Source: Candidatus Marinacidobacterales bacterium (GTDB lineage: Bacteria > Acidobacteriota > Vicinamibacteria > Marinacidobacterales > DATDRI01). Taken from it: a stretch of 64,000 nucleotides of DNA. Below, piece by piece: positions 46,038 through 56,036 of this stretch. The translations under genes and the position numbers were made by a program. Numbering within the stretch: position 1 is the stretch's first letter; the number at the start of each line of letters is the position of its first letter. The notes beneath the pieces are model-generated. The model saw only the letters and a program-made list of their open reading frames with translations, had not been told where the DNA came from and searched no databases. The DNA is taken from positions 5,120,001-5,184,000 of the forward strand of contig OZ245365.1 of NCBI GenBank assembly GCA_965226495.1. Reading direction: 5' to 3'.

Positions 46038-47891
46038 ATGAAGACGGTTCCGCTCCCACCGATTCTGCCCAGCCCGAAACAGATTCGACCGTTAAAGGGA
46101 ACGTTTCGACTGAGCGATGGACTGCCTATTGTGCTCGCGCCCCGCTCTTCGGATTCCGACTTCCGGGCCGCCCGAGCTCTCCAAACTCTGGCGCGTCACG
46201 AGGCTGGCGTGGCACTCGCGGTCGAGACTCACAGCCGCGTCAAGGACCTAGGACCGCGCATCGAGCTACGACGCCGGGGGGCGCGGGGACAATCCTACCG
46301 ATTGGAAGTGCGAACCAAGCTCATCGAGGTCATGGCGGAAGGTTCCGCCGCGCTTCGCTACGCGGTCGAAACGCTGGGACAGCTCATAGGACCCCGAGGA
46401 GAAATTCCCGCCTGTCGAGTACAGGACGAGCCCGACCTCGCGCTTCGCGGCATCATGATCGATATCTCGCGAGGCAAGGTGCCGACCCTCGAAACGCTGC
46501 GGGCCCTCGTCGACCTGTGTGCGCGCATCAAGCTGAATACCCTGATGCTCTACACCGAGCATACGTTTCGTTTCCGCCGTCACCCCGAGATCGGACGCGA
46601 CGCCTCGCGGCTCGATGCCGCCACCATCCGTGAGCTAGATGCTTACGCAGCCGAGAACCACATCGAGCTCATCCCCACACTTCAGTCTCTCGGCCATGCG
46701 CACCACATCCTCAAGATCCCTCGCTACCGTGGCTTGGCGGAGTCCGATCGTTTGTGGTCTCTGTCACCCAACCAGCCCGGCACGTACGAGCTGCTACGGG
46801 ATCTCTACGATGAGTACCTGCCCAACTTTCGCTCTCGCCTCTTCAACGCCAACTGCGACGAACCGGTCGATCTCGCCGACAATAAGTCCTACTTCGAGCA
46901 CGTCGAGCGCGTACGAGAGTTGGCCCAATTCCACGGAAAGCGAACGATGATTTGGGGCGACTTCGTGCAGAAGCACCCCAAGAGTATCGGCCAACTCGAT
47001 CGTGACCTGGTGCTTCTCGACTGGTGGTACGAAGCCAAACACGATTTCGATCGCGTCCGCATCTTTTCCGAGCACGGTATCGACTTCCTGGTGTGTCCCG
47101 GTACCTCGAGCTGGAACACCCTCTTCCCTCGACTGGCCAACAGCATCGCCAACATCTCTGGCTACGCCGCCGCCGGGAAGCGTCATGGGGCATGGGGACT
47201 CATCAACACCGACTGGGGAGACGGAGGACACTACAATCTCTTGGGAAACTCCTGGTTCGGCTTTGCATGGGGAGCCCAGCAGGCCTGGGCAGGAGACGTG
47301 CCCAAGGGTGATTTCAATCGCGCCTTCTCGCACGTTCTCTTTGGCGATCGCAGCGGAAAGATCGCGCGCGCCTACCGAGCGCTCGGTGCGCTCCACGGCA
47401 CGGGATTCACCGTCTTCAACGGGTCACCCATCCAATCCCTTTATTTCGATGACTTGGGACCGGCGAAGTTCACGGCCCAATCCAAGGCACCGGCATTAAA
47501 GAAGACTGCGGAGAGTTTGAAGAAGGTGCGAGACTCTATCCAAGACCTCGACAAAGCCTTTGTGCGAGAGAAACTCACCCAACAGGAACTTCTCCTGGCG
47601 GCGGACGCTTCGCTTCTCGCGGTACGAAAGGGTCTCGCGGGCCTGGAGTATCTCGCCTGGCGCCGTCAACCCTCATCCGTGCGCCCGGGCGAACGCCGGA
47701 AGCTTTCCCGGCAGTTCGCTCTTCTAGCGTCTCAGCAGGCTGAGCTCGGGAAGACGCTCTGGCGCTTGTGGCGGGAAAGAAATCAGCCATCCAACTTCGA
47801 GATCACCAAGAAGAAGCTGGATGCTTCCATTCGAAGCCTCCGCCGCGCCTCACGTGAGCTCGAGCAGAACCGCCCGCGCCGCATCGAATAG
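46038..47891 (+). CDS. Glycoside hydrolase family 20 (beta-N-acetylhexosaminidase-like)
   Basis: ILPSPKQ, RGIMIDISRGKVP, LQSLGH, NANCDEP catalytic DE, IWGD, WGDGGH. No signal peptide from ATG 46038. Confidence 0.87.
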   Translation: MKTVPLPPILPSPKQIRPLKGTFRLSDGLPIVLAPRSSDSDFRAARALQTLARHEAGVALAVETHSRVKDLGPRIELRRRGARGQSYRLEVRTKLIEVMAEGSAALRYAVETLGQLIGPRGEIPACRVQDEPDLALRGIMIDISRGKVPTLETLRALVDLCARIKLNTLMLYTEHTFRFRRHPEIGRDASRLDAATIRELDAYAAENHIELIPTLQSLGHAHHILKIPRYRGLAESDRLWSLSPNQPGTYELLRDLYDEYLPNFRSRLFNANCDEPVDLADNKSYFEHVERVRELAQFHGKRTMIWGDFVQKHPKSIGQLDRDLVLLDWWYEAKHDFDRVRIFSEHGIDFLVCPGTSSWNTLFPRLANSIANISGYAAAGKRHGAWGLINTDWGDGGHYNLLGNSWFGFAWGAQQAWAGDVPKGDFNRAFSHVLFGDRSGKIARAYRALGALHGTGFTVFNGSPIQSLYFDDLGPAKFTAQSKAPALKKTAESLKKVRDSIQDLDKAFVREKLTQQELLLAADASLLAVRKGLAGLEYLAWRRQPSSVRPGERRKLSRQFALLASQQAELGKTLWRLWRERNQPSNFEITKKKLDASIRSLRRASRELEQNRPRRIE

Positions 47892-47958
47892 CGTAGACAG
47901 GCGCAGGCTCGCGTGCGCAGCACCACTTCGATCTTGTCAAGAAGAACTTCGGCCCTTT

Positions 47959-49860
47959 TTAGAAAGTATTGTCTTTAGGGCGAGAGTCGTCCTCTTCCTT
48001 CTCTTCGAGCCCATCGTCTTGTTCTGATTCCTTCGTTTCCTCGGCCACGGCGGGCTCCGTCGACTCCTCTCGCTCCGGTTCCTCCGGTTCTATCGCGGGC
48101 TCAGGGGCCGGCCTATCGTAGTCCGAGGTATCGATGTCAGCAGCCCGGAGCTCTGGTTCTGCCGCCTCCAATGCCGGTTCGGGCTCCGGCTTATCGTAGT
48201 CCGAGGTATCGATGTCAGCAGCCCGGAGCTCCGGTCCTTCCGCCTCCAATGCCGGTTCGGGCTCCGGCTTATCGTAGTCCGAGGTATCGATGTCGGCGGG
48301 TCGGAGCTCTGGCTCCTCGTCTTCCTGTGGCTCGCTCTGTCGCTCTGTCTCTGGCTCTGACGCTTCCTCGCTCGCGGGGGTCACGGGTTCCTCGTCGAGT
48401 GCCAAGGTTTCGTCCGGCGAAGCTGATTTTTCGGGCGCCCCGTCCTCCGTCAAGGATTCCAAAGCAGCAGCGGTGACACCGGCCACCTCCGCCGCGGGTG
48501 TTTCCTCGGACTGGGGTTGGGGCTCCTGCTCCTCCTTACTCTCCGCCTGTTGCTCTCGGGCCTCGGGCTGCCTCTCGGGTCTCCGCTCGCGCGACTCGCG
48601 ATCTCTATCCCTCCATCCGCGATCCCGGTCGCGCTGACGATCGGGGCGTCGTTCGGTCCTCGGCTCCGGTGCGGGTGGCCGCTGTCCTCGAGCCGAGCTC
48701 CGGAACACGAGGTCGTAGAGCGGCAGGAGCTTCTCCCAACCGAAGTTGTCTTTGATGTAGCTCTGTCCTTGGCGGCCCAATCCCCGAGCCAGGTTCTTGT
48801 CCTCGAGTAACAACTCCAGGATCCCTTCGAACTCCTCGTAGTTCTTATAGTAGAGACCGGCGTTCGATTTTCGACAATGATCGACGAGAACCTTCGAGCC
48901 GCCATGAACGACGACCGGGATTCCGACGGAGAAGGCCTCTAGAGCCACGATGGAGAGACTCTCGAGGCGGGATGGGATCATCACCGCCGTGGCACTCGCC
49001 ATCGCGGCTAGCTTCTCGTCCTCTTGGAGGAACCCAAGATAGCGAATGTCCCGAGAATTCGGGATCGACATATTCTTCTTGCCCATCAAGACGAGTTGCA
49101 GGTTACCGACGTCGGGGTGTCTCTCTCTAAAAGTCGTAAAGAACTTGAAGAGCTCGCCACACCCTTTCCCCTCGTCGATTCTTCCCGCATAGAGGAGAAA
49201 TCGGTTGGACACGCGTTGCTTCCTTCGGAACGTTTCAGTATCGGGCGCATCCAGCAGATCCATCCCTATGCCGACGGTCTCCCGCATCTTCCGATGAACG
49301 TCGAATCGTTCGAGCACCAAGAGCTCCTCGGCCTCGGTGTTGAAGATGAAGGAGTTCGCGTTTTCGAAGACCTCCTTGTAGATTCCGAGTTTTAGGGGCG
49401 GCTCGTCGTGCGCCGTCGGCACCAGGACGCTTTTCTCGGGCGCGATCTGGATCCCGTGAAAAGTCGGGTGATAGAGATAGGTGAAAAAAACGAGCAGGTC
49501 GTACCTCTTGTGCTCATTCTTCAGGTATTCGATGAGCTTCGGGGCAACCGGCCCCTGCATCTCGAGCCACTTGAGCTCGTCTTCGCGGGTATGCTCGTTC
49601 GCGTAGATCCAATCCGAGTACTCGTTGAACTCCTCGAGGTTCCGCTCTTGTTCCACCGGGAACCGGAGCACCTTGACTCCACGCAACTTTTCTTCGCTCT
49701 CCGGATACTCGTTCTTCCAGGTGACGTAGTCGCGAGCGGTGGTGGTCAACACATCGATCTGGTGCTGGCGGGCCTGCCTTTCGGCGATTTGACGGGCCAG
49801 GGTCTCCGCTCCGCCCGGGATCTCCCGCCCGTAGCGTTGAATGACAAAGGCGAGCCTCAT
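47959..49860 (-). CDS. Glycosyltransferase family 4 with a long disordered Arg-rich then acidic C-terminal tail
   Basis: QRYG..GGAE, PTAHDEP, GRIDEGKG, ESLSIVALEA; about 240 aa low-complexity tail. Confidence 0.88.
   Translation of the reverse strand: MRLAFVIQRYGREIPGGAETLARQIAERQARQHQIDVLTTTARDYVTWKNEYPESEEKLRGVKVLRFPVEQERNLEEFNEYSDWIYANEHTREDELKWLEMQGPVAPKLIEYLKNEHKRYDLLVFFTYLYHPTFHGIQIAPEKSVLVPTAHDEPPLKLGIYKEVFENANSFIFNTEAEELLVLERFDVHRKMRETVGIGMDLLDAPDTETFRRKQRVSNRFLLYAGRIDEGKGCGELFKFFTTFRERHPDVGNLQLVLMGKKNMSIPNSRDIRYLGFLQEDEKLAAMASATAVMIPSRLESLSIVALEAFSVGIPVVVHGGSKVLVDHCRKSNAGLYYKNYEEFEGILELLLEDKNLARGLGRQGQSYIKDNFGWEKLLPLYDLVFRSSARGQRPPAPEPRTERRPDRQRDRDRGWRDRDRESRERRPERQPEAREQQAESKEEQEPQPQSEETPAAEVAGVTAAALESLTEDGAPEKSASPDETLALDEEPVTPASEEASEPETERQSEPQEDEEPELRPADIDTSDYDKPEPEPALEAEGPELRAADIDTSDYDKPEPEPALEAAEPELRAADIDTSDYDRPAPEPAIEPEEPEREESTEPAVAEETKESEQDDGLEEKEEDDSRPKDNTF
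48084..48316. repeat. Intragenic tandem repeat, about 3 x 78 nt (PELRAADIDTSDYDKPEPEPALEAEG)
   Basis: TATCGTAGTCCGAGGTATCGATGTC recurs at 48114, 48192 and 48270. Confidence 0.9.
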
Positions 49861-50942
49861 TGCGATACCTCCTGGATGTGACTGATATGCCTAATGTAGT
49901 TGATGAGCTCCGCCTCGACCCGTTGGGGACGAAAGCGCTCGAGGCGTTGCCGCTGACCGGCCAAGACCCTCTCTCGCAAACTTTCATCGGTTGCTAGTAA
50001 ATGGCCCATCTCGGCTAACTCTTCGTACTTCTTCTGACTAAACTGCACTCCTGACTCTCCTAAAGTGTCTGGTACCGCGCCCGCTTGATAGGCCATGACC
50101 GGCACCTCGAGTAACATCGATTCCACCAGCGGCACCGCAAACCCCTCATGCTCGCTCATACTGACAAAAACGTCTGCCGTGCGATAGCAGGCGAGCAGAT
50201 CCTCCCAAGCGAGGTGTCCGGTAAACGTGAACTCGCTGGGCATCAGGCCCCAATAGTGGGCAAGTTCCTGTACCGACTGCTGATAGCGTGCCATACGACC
50301 GGCACGTCCGACTACGATAAAACGAAAATCCTCTGATACGTACTTCTTGTAGAAAAACGCCATCCGCACCAGATCCTCGAAACGTTTGTTGGGAAAGATG
50401 CGGCCGACGAAAAGAAAATTCACCCGACGCCGGCTGAACATCTCCTCCAATACCGAGTTCGGCTCGGCTCGGTAACGCTCGAAGTCCAGGAGAATAGGCA
50501 GTACGCCGGTTCGCTCGAAACCTACCTCCTCTAGCTCCTCTCGATTGTATTCCGAATCGCCGAGCGCGAGGTCGGTGACATCGGCGAGAGAACGAAGTTC
50601 CTCTCTCCCTTTCACGGCAATGCGCACGAGTTCGTCGTCGAGGCCGAGAAAATAAGAGGCCGGCGTGATGTTGTGGTAGATGATCACTTTTTTTCCGGTG
50701 AAGTTCCGAAGCGCGTCCGTCAGCGGAGATGGCAAGGCAAAGTGAAGAATGGCCACGTCGTCCGGTCCCGCAGACGGTCGCTCGCTCAGTGGTAGGAACT
50801 CACCCCGGACTTCCTCGTCCACCTCGAGCGCGTACAGATCGGATGAAAAACCGGCTCCACGAAGCGCCGTGCGGATCCGAAGCGCCTCGTCACCGATGGC
50901 ATCACCGAAGTGACCTCGCGGCAACCACTGATCGACGCGCAT
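49857..50942 (-). CDS. Glycosyltransferase family 4
   Basis: GDAIGDEA, YHNITP, FVGRIFPNK, SEHEGFAVPLVES. Start at ATG 50942. Confidence 0.9.
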   Translation of the reverse strand: MRVDQWLPRGHFGDAIGDEALRIRTALRGAGFSSDLYALEVDEEVRGEFLPLSERPSAGPDDVAILHFALPSPLTDALRNFTGKKVIIYHNITPASYFLGLDDELVRIAVKGREELRSLADVTDLALGDSEYNREELEEVGFERTGVLPILLDFERYRAEPNSVLEEMFSRRRVNFLFVGRIFPNKRFEDLVRMAFFYKKYVSEDFRFIVVGRAGRMARYQQSVQELAHYWGLMPSEFTFTGHLAWEDLLACYRTADVFVSMSEHEGFAVPLVESMLLEVPVMAYQAGAVPDTLGESGVQFSQKKYEELAEMGHLLATDESLRERVLAGQRQRLERFRPQRVEAELINYIRHISHIQEVSQ

Positions 50943-50943
50943 G

Positions 50944-52020
50944 TTAGGCTTTGACTCCATTCGATACTTGCTCGACGTAGCCAACCAGCAATGCTTCCTC
51001 GTCCCGAGAATCCAAAGTCTCGATCACCCGATCCTGGTTATCAATGACGCGCCGGCGCATCTCGGCGTCGTGAACGAGTTGATGGGCCATCTCCGCGATC
51101 TCTTCGAAATGTTTCTCTCGGATCAAGACGCCCGCCCCGCCCATCGTATCCGGCACCGCCCCGGCATCGAAAGCCATCACCGGGATGCCGAATCGAAACG
51201 CTTCCAATAGAGGGGCGCAAAACCCCTCGTGCTCGCTGAGGCTCAGAAAGACGTCACCCACCTGGTAGTACGCGGCCAAATCATTGGTGTCGACGTGCCC
51301 GGTAAACACAACGTCTTCGAGCTCGAGCTCGTCCACCAACCGCCAGAGCGCATCGAAGTACCGTTCGAAGCCCCGATACTCGCCCACAAGGAGCAGGCGG
51401 CTCTTGGGATCCACGAACTTCTGGTAGACGTAGAAGACCTTGATGAGATCCTCGAACTTCTTGTTCGGTATCACCCGGCCCACGAAAAGGAAGTTGGTCT
51501 TGTCATCATCGAACATCGCACGGATCGCTGGACTGGGCGGAATAGCGAGCTGCTCTGGGTCCAACAGGAGCGGAAGGACCCCGGTGGGATGAAATCCCAT
51601 CGCGTCGAGCTCCTGCCGGTTGAACTCGGAGACACCGAGCGCGAGCTCGGTGCGGTCGATAAACGCGGCCAGCTCGCGACGGCCCTGGTAACACAGTCTG
51701 GCTAGCTTGGGCTGATAGGGCGCGAACCATCGTGCCGGCGTAATGTTGTGGTAGATGAGCATGATGCGGTCCGGCAGCTGGTGCGCGAAGGAAGACACCC
51801 CGGCACCAATCGAAAAGTGCAGAATGAGGACGTTGTCCGAGCTCGAGACTCCTTCGTAATCCCAAAGCGGGTGGCCCTTTTTCCTCATCGCCGAGTGTAC
51901 CGACTCAGCGAAGATCTCCGATTCGTAGCCTCGGCTACGCAATAAGTCTTGTATGCGAAGCGCTTCGTTGCTGATGGCATCTCCGTGACTCAGCGAAGCG
52001 ACCATCTGGTGTACTTGCAT
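50944..52020 (-). CDS. Glycosyltransferase family 4
   Basis: GDAISNEA, YHNITP, FVGRVIPNK, SEHEGFCAPLLEA. Confidence 0.9.
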   Translation of the reverse strand: MQVHQMVASLSHGDAISNEALRIQDLLRSRGYESEIFAESVHSAMRKKGHPLWDYEGVSSSDNVLILHFSIGAGVSSFAHQLPDRIMLIYHNITPARWFAPYQPKLARLCYQGRRELAAFIDRTELALGVSEFNRQELDAMGFHPTGVLPLLLDPEQLAIPPSPAIRAMFDDDKTNFLFVGRVIPNKKFEDLIKVFYVYQKFVDPKSRLLLVGEYRGFERYFDALWRLVDELELEDVVFTGHVDTNDLAAYYQVGDVFLSLSEHEGFCAPLLEAFRFGIPVMAFDAGAVPDTMGGAGVLIREKHFEEIAEMAHQLVHDAEMRRRVIDNQDRVIETLDSRDEEALLVGYVEQVSNGVKA

Positions 52021-52028
52021 TGTCCCGA

Positions 52029-53096
52029 TTAACCTCGAAGGGCCTGCTCTACGAAACCCACCAAGAGTTTTTCGTCGTCGCGAGCCGCGACACCACCCAG
52101 AACCTCACGTTGCCGATCGACGACCCGAGCCCTGAGCGTCTCGTCATGAACCAGCAAGTGCGCCATCTCGGCAATCTCCTCGAACCGCTTTTCGTGGATC
52201 AGGATTCCCGCCCCCCCAAGCGTCTCCGCCACCGCTCCGGCATCGAAGGCCATGACCGGGAGACCAAACTGAAACGCCTCCAACAAGGGAGCACAGAATC
52301 CTTCATGCTCGCTCATGCTGAGAAAAACATCTGCTACTTGGTAGTAGGCAATGAGATCATCGGTGTCGACATGTCCGGTGAACACGACGTCCTCGAGCAG
52401 CAGGTCGTCCACCAAGCGAACGAGTGAGTCGAAATAGCGCTCGAACCCGTGGGACTCTCCCACTAGGAGTAGACGGCTATCTGGATCGATGTACTTCTGA
52501 TAGATGGAGAAAACCTTGATCACGTCCTCGATGCGTTTGTTGGGCAGCGTCCGCCCCACGAAAAGGAAATTCGTCTTGTCGTCGTCGAACATCTCGAGGA
52601 CGACAGGATTCGCCGGTCCTTCCAATTGGTGACGATCGCGCATCAACGGAAGCACCCCTGTCGGGTGAAACCCCATCGATTCGAGCTCGGAGCGGTTGTA
52701 CTCCGAATCCCCAACCGCCAATCGAATTCGCTTGTTGAAGGCGGCGAGCTCGCGACGGCCGTGATGGCAAAGACCCACAAGGTGCGGGTGGAACTCGGTG
52801 AACCAGCTCGCAGGCGTAATGTTGTGGTAAATCAACATGAGTGGATCGGGAAGGTGGTACGCGTAAGTCGAAACCCCCGCACCGATCGAAAAGTGCAGAA
52901 TGAGGACGTTGTCGGGGCTCGAGATCTCTCGGTAGTCCCAGAGCTTATGAGCCAATCCTGACATCTCGGGGTGGACCGCCTCCGCGAAGATCTCGGAATC
53001 GTAGCCGCGGCCCTGCAGTATGGACTGGATGCGAAGCGCCTCGTTCCCGATGGCGTCGCCATAGCTCAGTGCCGACAACATTTGATGAACCTTCAT
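52029..53096 (-). CDS. Glycosyltransferase family 4 (close paralog of the downstream gene)
   Basis: GDAIGNEA, YHNITP, SEHEGFCAPLLEA. Start at ATG 53096. Confidence 0.9.
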   Translation of the reverse strand: MKVHQMLSALSYGDAIGNEALRIQSILQGRGYDSEIFAEAVHPEMSGLAHKLWDYREISSPDNVLILHFSIGAGVSTYAYHLPDPLMLIYHNITPASWFTEFHPHLVGLCHHGRRELAAFNKRIRLAVGDSEYNRSELESMGFHPTGVLPLMRDRHQLEGPANPVVLEMFDDDKTNFLFVGRTLPNKRIEDVIKVFSIYQKYIDPDSRLLLVGESHGFERYFDSLVRLVDDLLLEDVVFTGHVDTDDLIAYYQVADVFLSMSEHEGFCAPLLEAFQFGLPVMAFDAGAVAETLGGAGILIHEKRFEEIAEMAHLLVHDETLRARVVDRQREVLGGVAARDDEKLLVGFVEQALRG

Positions 53097-54322
53097 CGCG
53101 TTTTGGAAGCGGCGGTGCGATCTTCTTCGAGAAGCATGCCGAGAAGCCGGTTGTACTTGCCTTCGATGACTTCCCACCGGTAGTGGTCGTTAAAAAAACG
53201 CTGGCCGTTCGCACCCAGCCCTTCGCGAAGGTCTCGATCTTCCTCGAGTAGCGCGACCGCCTCTCGGAACTCGTAGTAGCTCGCGTAGTAGAGCCCGGCG
53301 TTCGACCGCCGGCACTGCCCGCGGAGAACATCGCAGAGCCCGTTCGCCAAAACCGGCTTCGCCTGGGACCAAGCTTCTAACGTCACCATGGAGAGGCTTT
53401 CGAACTCCGAGGGCATGATGAGAAACTCAGCCCCCGCCAGGGCCGACCATTTTTCATCCTCGGGAAGAAACCCGGCATAGTAGATATCCGGGTGCTCGAG
53501 TATCTCCATCGTCTTGCCGCCCACCAGAACCAACTTGAGCGAGGAACCGCTCTCCTCCTTATAGCGGCGAAAGTAGTTGAAGAGTTGGCGGCATCCCTTG
53601 TTCTGATCCACCCGGCCGATGAATATGGCGTAGCGATCACGCAACTTGTGGCGACTCCGAAACAGATCCGGCGTGGCGCCGTTCGGCACTTCCGATCCCA
53701 CCCCGACCACATCGCCCTTCAAGTCACGACTCTCCGCCACCGACCAGATCATTTCCCGCTCCTCGACAGAGTTGAACACGATAGCCCGGGGACGATGAAA
53801 GAACGGCTTGAATATCTTGAGATTGACCACCTGGTCCTTCTCTGCGGTGGGGACGAGAAGGGACCGATCTCCGAGAGCACCGACGCCATGGTAGCTGTGG
53901 TAGTAGCGGTAGCTGAAGAAGATGAAATAGTCATACGCATTGCGGTTCTTTCGCAGATAGCGAACCAGCTTCGGAGAAAAAGGCCCCTGCTCTTCGAGCC
54001 ACTGCAGCTCGTCTTTCTCGCGGTGCGGGGCGCGGAAGACCTTCTGTGAGATGTGACCGAAGCGGTCGGTGTCTCGAGGCCGCTTCACCTTGAAGCGTCG
54101 CACCGGCACGCCGTTAACGATAGACAGGTCATCCGGAAGCTCGTTGCGCCAGGTGATGTAGTCTGTGGCGCACGACGTGATCACCTCGACGCGGTGGTGG
54201 TTTGCGAGATGCTCCGCCACCAGTCGACAATGGTACTCGGCGCCGCCATTGACCTCCTCGCCGTACCGCTGCACCACTAAGGCTAGGCGAAGCGAAGGCA
54301 AGGCGCTTGCACTGCTAGTCAC
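53093..54322 (-). CDS. Glycosyltransferase family 4
   Basis: QRYGEEVNGGAE, PTAE, GRVDQNKG, ESLSMVTLEA. Likely GTG start at 54322. Confidence 0.88.
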   Translation of the reverse strand: MTSSASALPSLRLALVVQRYGEEVNGGAEYHCRLVAEHLANHHRVEVITSCATDYITWRNELPDDLSIVNGVPVRRFKVKRPRDTDRFGHISQKVFRAPHREKDELQWLEEQGPFSPKLVRYLRKNRNAYDYFIFFSYRYYHSYHGVGALGDRSLLVPTAEKDQVVNLKIFKPFFHRPRAIVFNSVEEREMIWSVAESRDLKGDVVGVGSEVPNGATPDLFRSRHKLRDRYAIFIGRVDQNKGCRQLFNYFRRYKEESGSSLKLVLVGGKTMEILEHPDIYYAGFLPEDEKWSALAGAEFLIMPSEFESLSMVTLEAWSQAKPVLANGLCDVLRGQCRRSNAGLYYASYYEFREAVALLEEDRDLREGLGANGQRFFNDHYRWEVIEGKYNRLLGMLLEEDRTAASKTR

Positions 54323-54968
54323 CGTTGGGCTTGCGCTCCGACGACGTGGAACGCTTTTCGCCGTTGTCGCCTTTAGCCCCGCGTTTTCGCCGCCAAGGCC
54401 TTCGTCCGCCACGCGAACGTCGCCGAGACGCGTCTTGGCTATTCTCGTCCTTGGACACCGTCAAATCCTCGAGGACCTTCTCACGACGGCCTTGGAACTC
54501 GACCTTGGCTCCGGTCGCCCGATTGCGCGCCTTGAGATTGGTGAGTTCCAAGTTCATTTTCGTCAGTTCCGCGGCCATGTTGTGAAGCAGCTGGACGTAG
54601 TATTTGTTGAGATCGGCCTGCCGCGAGAGCGCACTGATGATGGGGTTCGGATTGAAAAACAACTTGAGGAGCGGATTCAAGAGAGTCCGTGCCATACGGA
54701 TCAGCCGTCCAGAGAGTCCGCGCGACGACTGGTAGATCGTCTCCGGGCCGAAGGTGTAGTTCCATTGCTCGTCGCGAGCACGGAAAGCGGCCACGAAATC
54801 GCTGTTGAACTGACTGGCGTCTAGGACGGAGTCCAGCTTCATCTCCGCGACCTCACGAACTTCTTCCTCGGTATAGAGACCCTTCCGCTTTTCCTCGATT
54901 CGGGAGCGGATGGTGGTCATGACGGCCTCGACATCGATATCGCCACCCTTGATGCTGAAGGTAGACAT
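54315..54968 (-). CDS. Hypothetical coiled-coil protein with Arg-rich tail
   Basis: Strong RBS AAGGAGG; DIDVEAVMTTIRSRIEEKRK helix; heptad pattern LHNMAAELTKMNLELTNLKAR. Confidence 0.75.
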   Translation of the reverse strand: MSTFSIKGGDIDVEAVMTTIRSRIEEKRKGLYTEEEVREVAEMKLDSVLDASQFNSDFVAAFRARDEQWNYTFGPETIYQSSRGLSGRLIRMARTLLNPLLKLFFNPNPIISALSRQADLNKYYVQLLHNMAAELTKMNLELTNLKARNRATGAKVEFQGRREKVLEDLTVSKDENSQDASRRRSRGGRRPWRRKRGAKGDNGEKRSTSSERKPNGD

Positions 54969-55046
54969 ATTCCTCCTTGTGAAACCCAAGCGTATGAATC
55001 CATCGCTCGGTGGTTGTTGTTCTGGCTAGCCAGTCAGGAGGGAGTT

Positions 55047-56036
55047 TTAGCCCGGTTCTCCGAAGTGATAGATGATGGCGATGACAGCGCCTGTCCAAAG
55101 GCCCACCGCCGCGAGAAGCGGTCGATCAGTGAATAGCACGAGCGAAGGGTTTCCACCTTCGTCCCGCTGGTGGACTAAGTACAGGTATCGAAAGATCCCA
55201 TACAAAACGAATGGCAGAGTCCAAACCAAACGGTCCGTGCCGAACTTGAAAACCGTTTCTGGCGACTGGGTGTATAGGGCATAGGACAACAAAGTCGAAG
55301 CGGTTACCACCGCGATCATCTGGTCCAAAAGAGAAAGGCTATACTCCCCCAGGATCCTCCTGTGCCCGGCTGCCCCATCCGCCAGCAACGTGATCTCATG
55401 ACGGCGCTTGGTCAGGGCTAAGAACAGTGCGAGCAACATAGTACAAACAAGTAGCCAGTTACTGAAGGCGACGCCGATCGCCACTGCGCCGGCGATCGCC
55501 CTCAAGACAAATCCAAAAGAAAGCGTGAGAACATCCAGAATGACCACGTTCTTCAAGAACAACGTGTAGCAGACCATCAACGCGAAGTAGCTGAAGGCGA
55601 TCATCCCGAAGGAAGGTCCGAGGGCGAAACTCCCCGCTAGTCCTCCCACTATCAATATCGCAGCCGTACCTTTTGCCAGCCCCGGCAGCAGTCGTCCGGA
55701 GGCGAGTGGTCGCTGGCGTTTGACCGGATGGAGTCGATCTTGCTCGAGATCGACCAGGTCGTTGATCAGGTAAACGGCGCCGGAAAGTACACAAAACAGC
55801 AGAAACGCTTCGAGTGCCGCGACGAGCGACGGCACATGAAACAGCTGCCGAGCGAAGATCAGAGCCGCCAATAAAACCAAGTTCTTCGACCACTGATGGG
55901 GCCGAAGTGCTAGAAGAAGGTGATAGAGCTCGAGGCCATAAGAGGCCAGGGCACCTTCCGGCTTGCCCTCGGTTGTCGGCTGCTCTTCGGGAATCTTCGT
56001 TGGCTTCTGGGTACTTCGGTAAGCCTGCTCGTTCAG
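55047..56036 (-). CDS. UbiA-family polyprenyl-phosphate phosphoribosyltransferase (DPPR synthase-like); start codon uncertain
   Basis: LRPHQWSKN, YLINDLVDLEQDRLHPVKRQRPLASG, KRRHE, YGIFRYLYL. The frame is open upstream to a CTG at 56036; first canonical start (TTG 55880) is downstream of the conserved motif. Confidence 0.82.
   Translation of the reverse strand: MNEQAYRSTQKPTKIPEEQPTTEGKPEGALASYGLELYHLLLALRPHQWSKNLVLLAALIFARQLFHVPSLVAALEAFLLFCVLSGAVYLINDLVDLEQDRLHPVKRQRPLASGRLLPGLAKGTAAILIVGGLAGSFALGPSFGMIAFSYFALMVCYTLFLKNVVILDVLTLSFGFVLRAIAGAVAIGVAFSNWLLVCTMLLALFLALTKRRHEITLLADGAAGHRRILGEYSLSLLDQMIAVVTASTLLSYALYTQSPETVFKFGTDRLVWTLPFVLYGIFRYLYLVHQRDEGGNPSLVLFTDRPLLAAVGLWTGAVIAIIYHFGEPG

Noticed and set aside
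48084-48316. 78-nt periodic repeat as a possible CRISPR array
   Set aside because: The units are in-frame, nearly identical over their whole length with no unique spacers, lie inside a CDS, and there are no cas genes.
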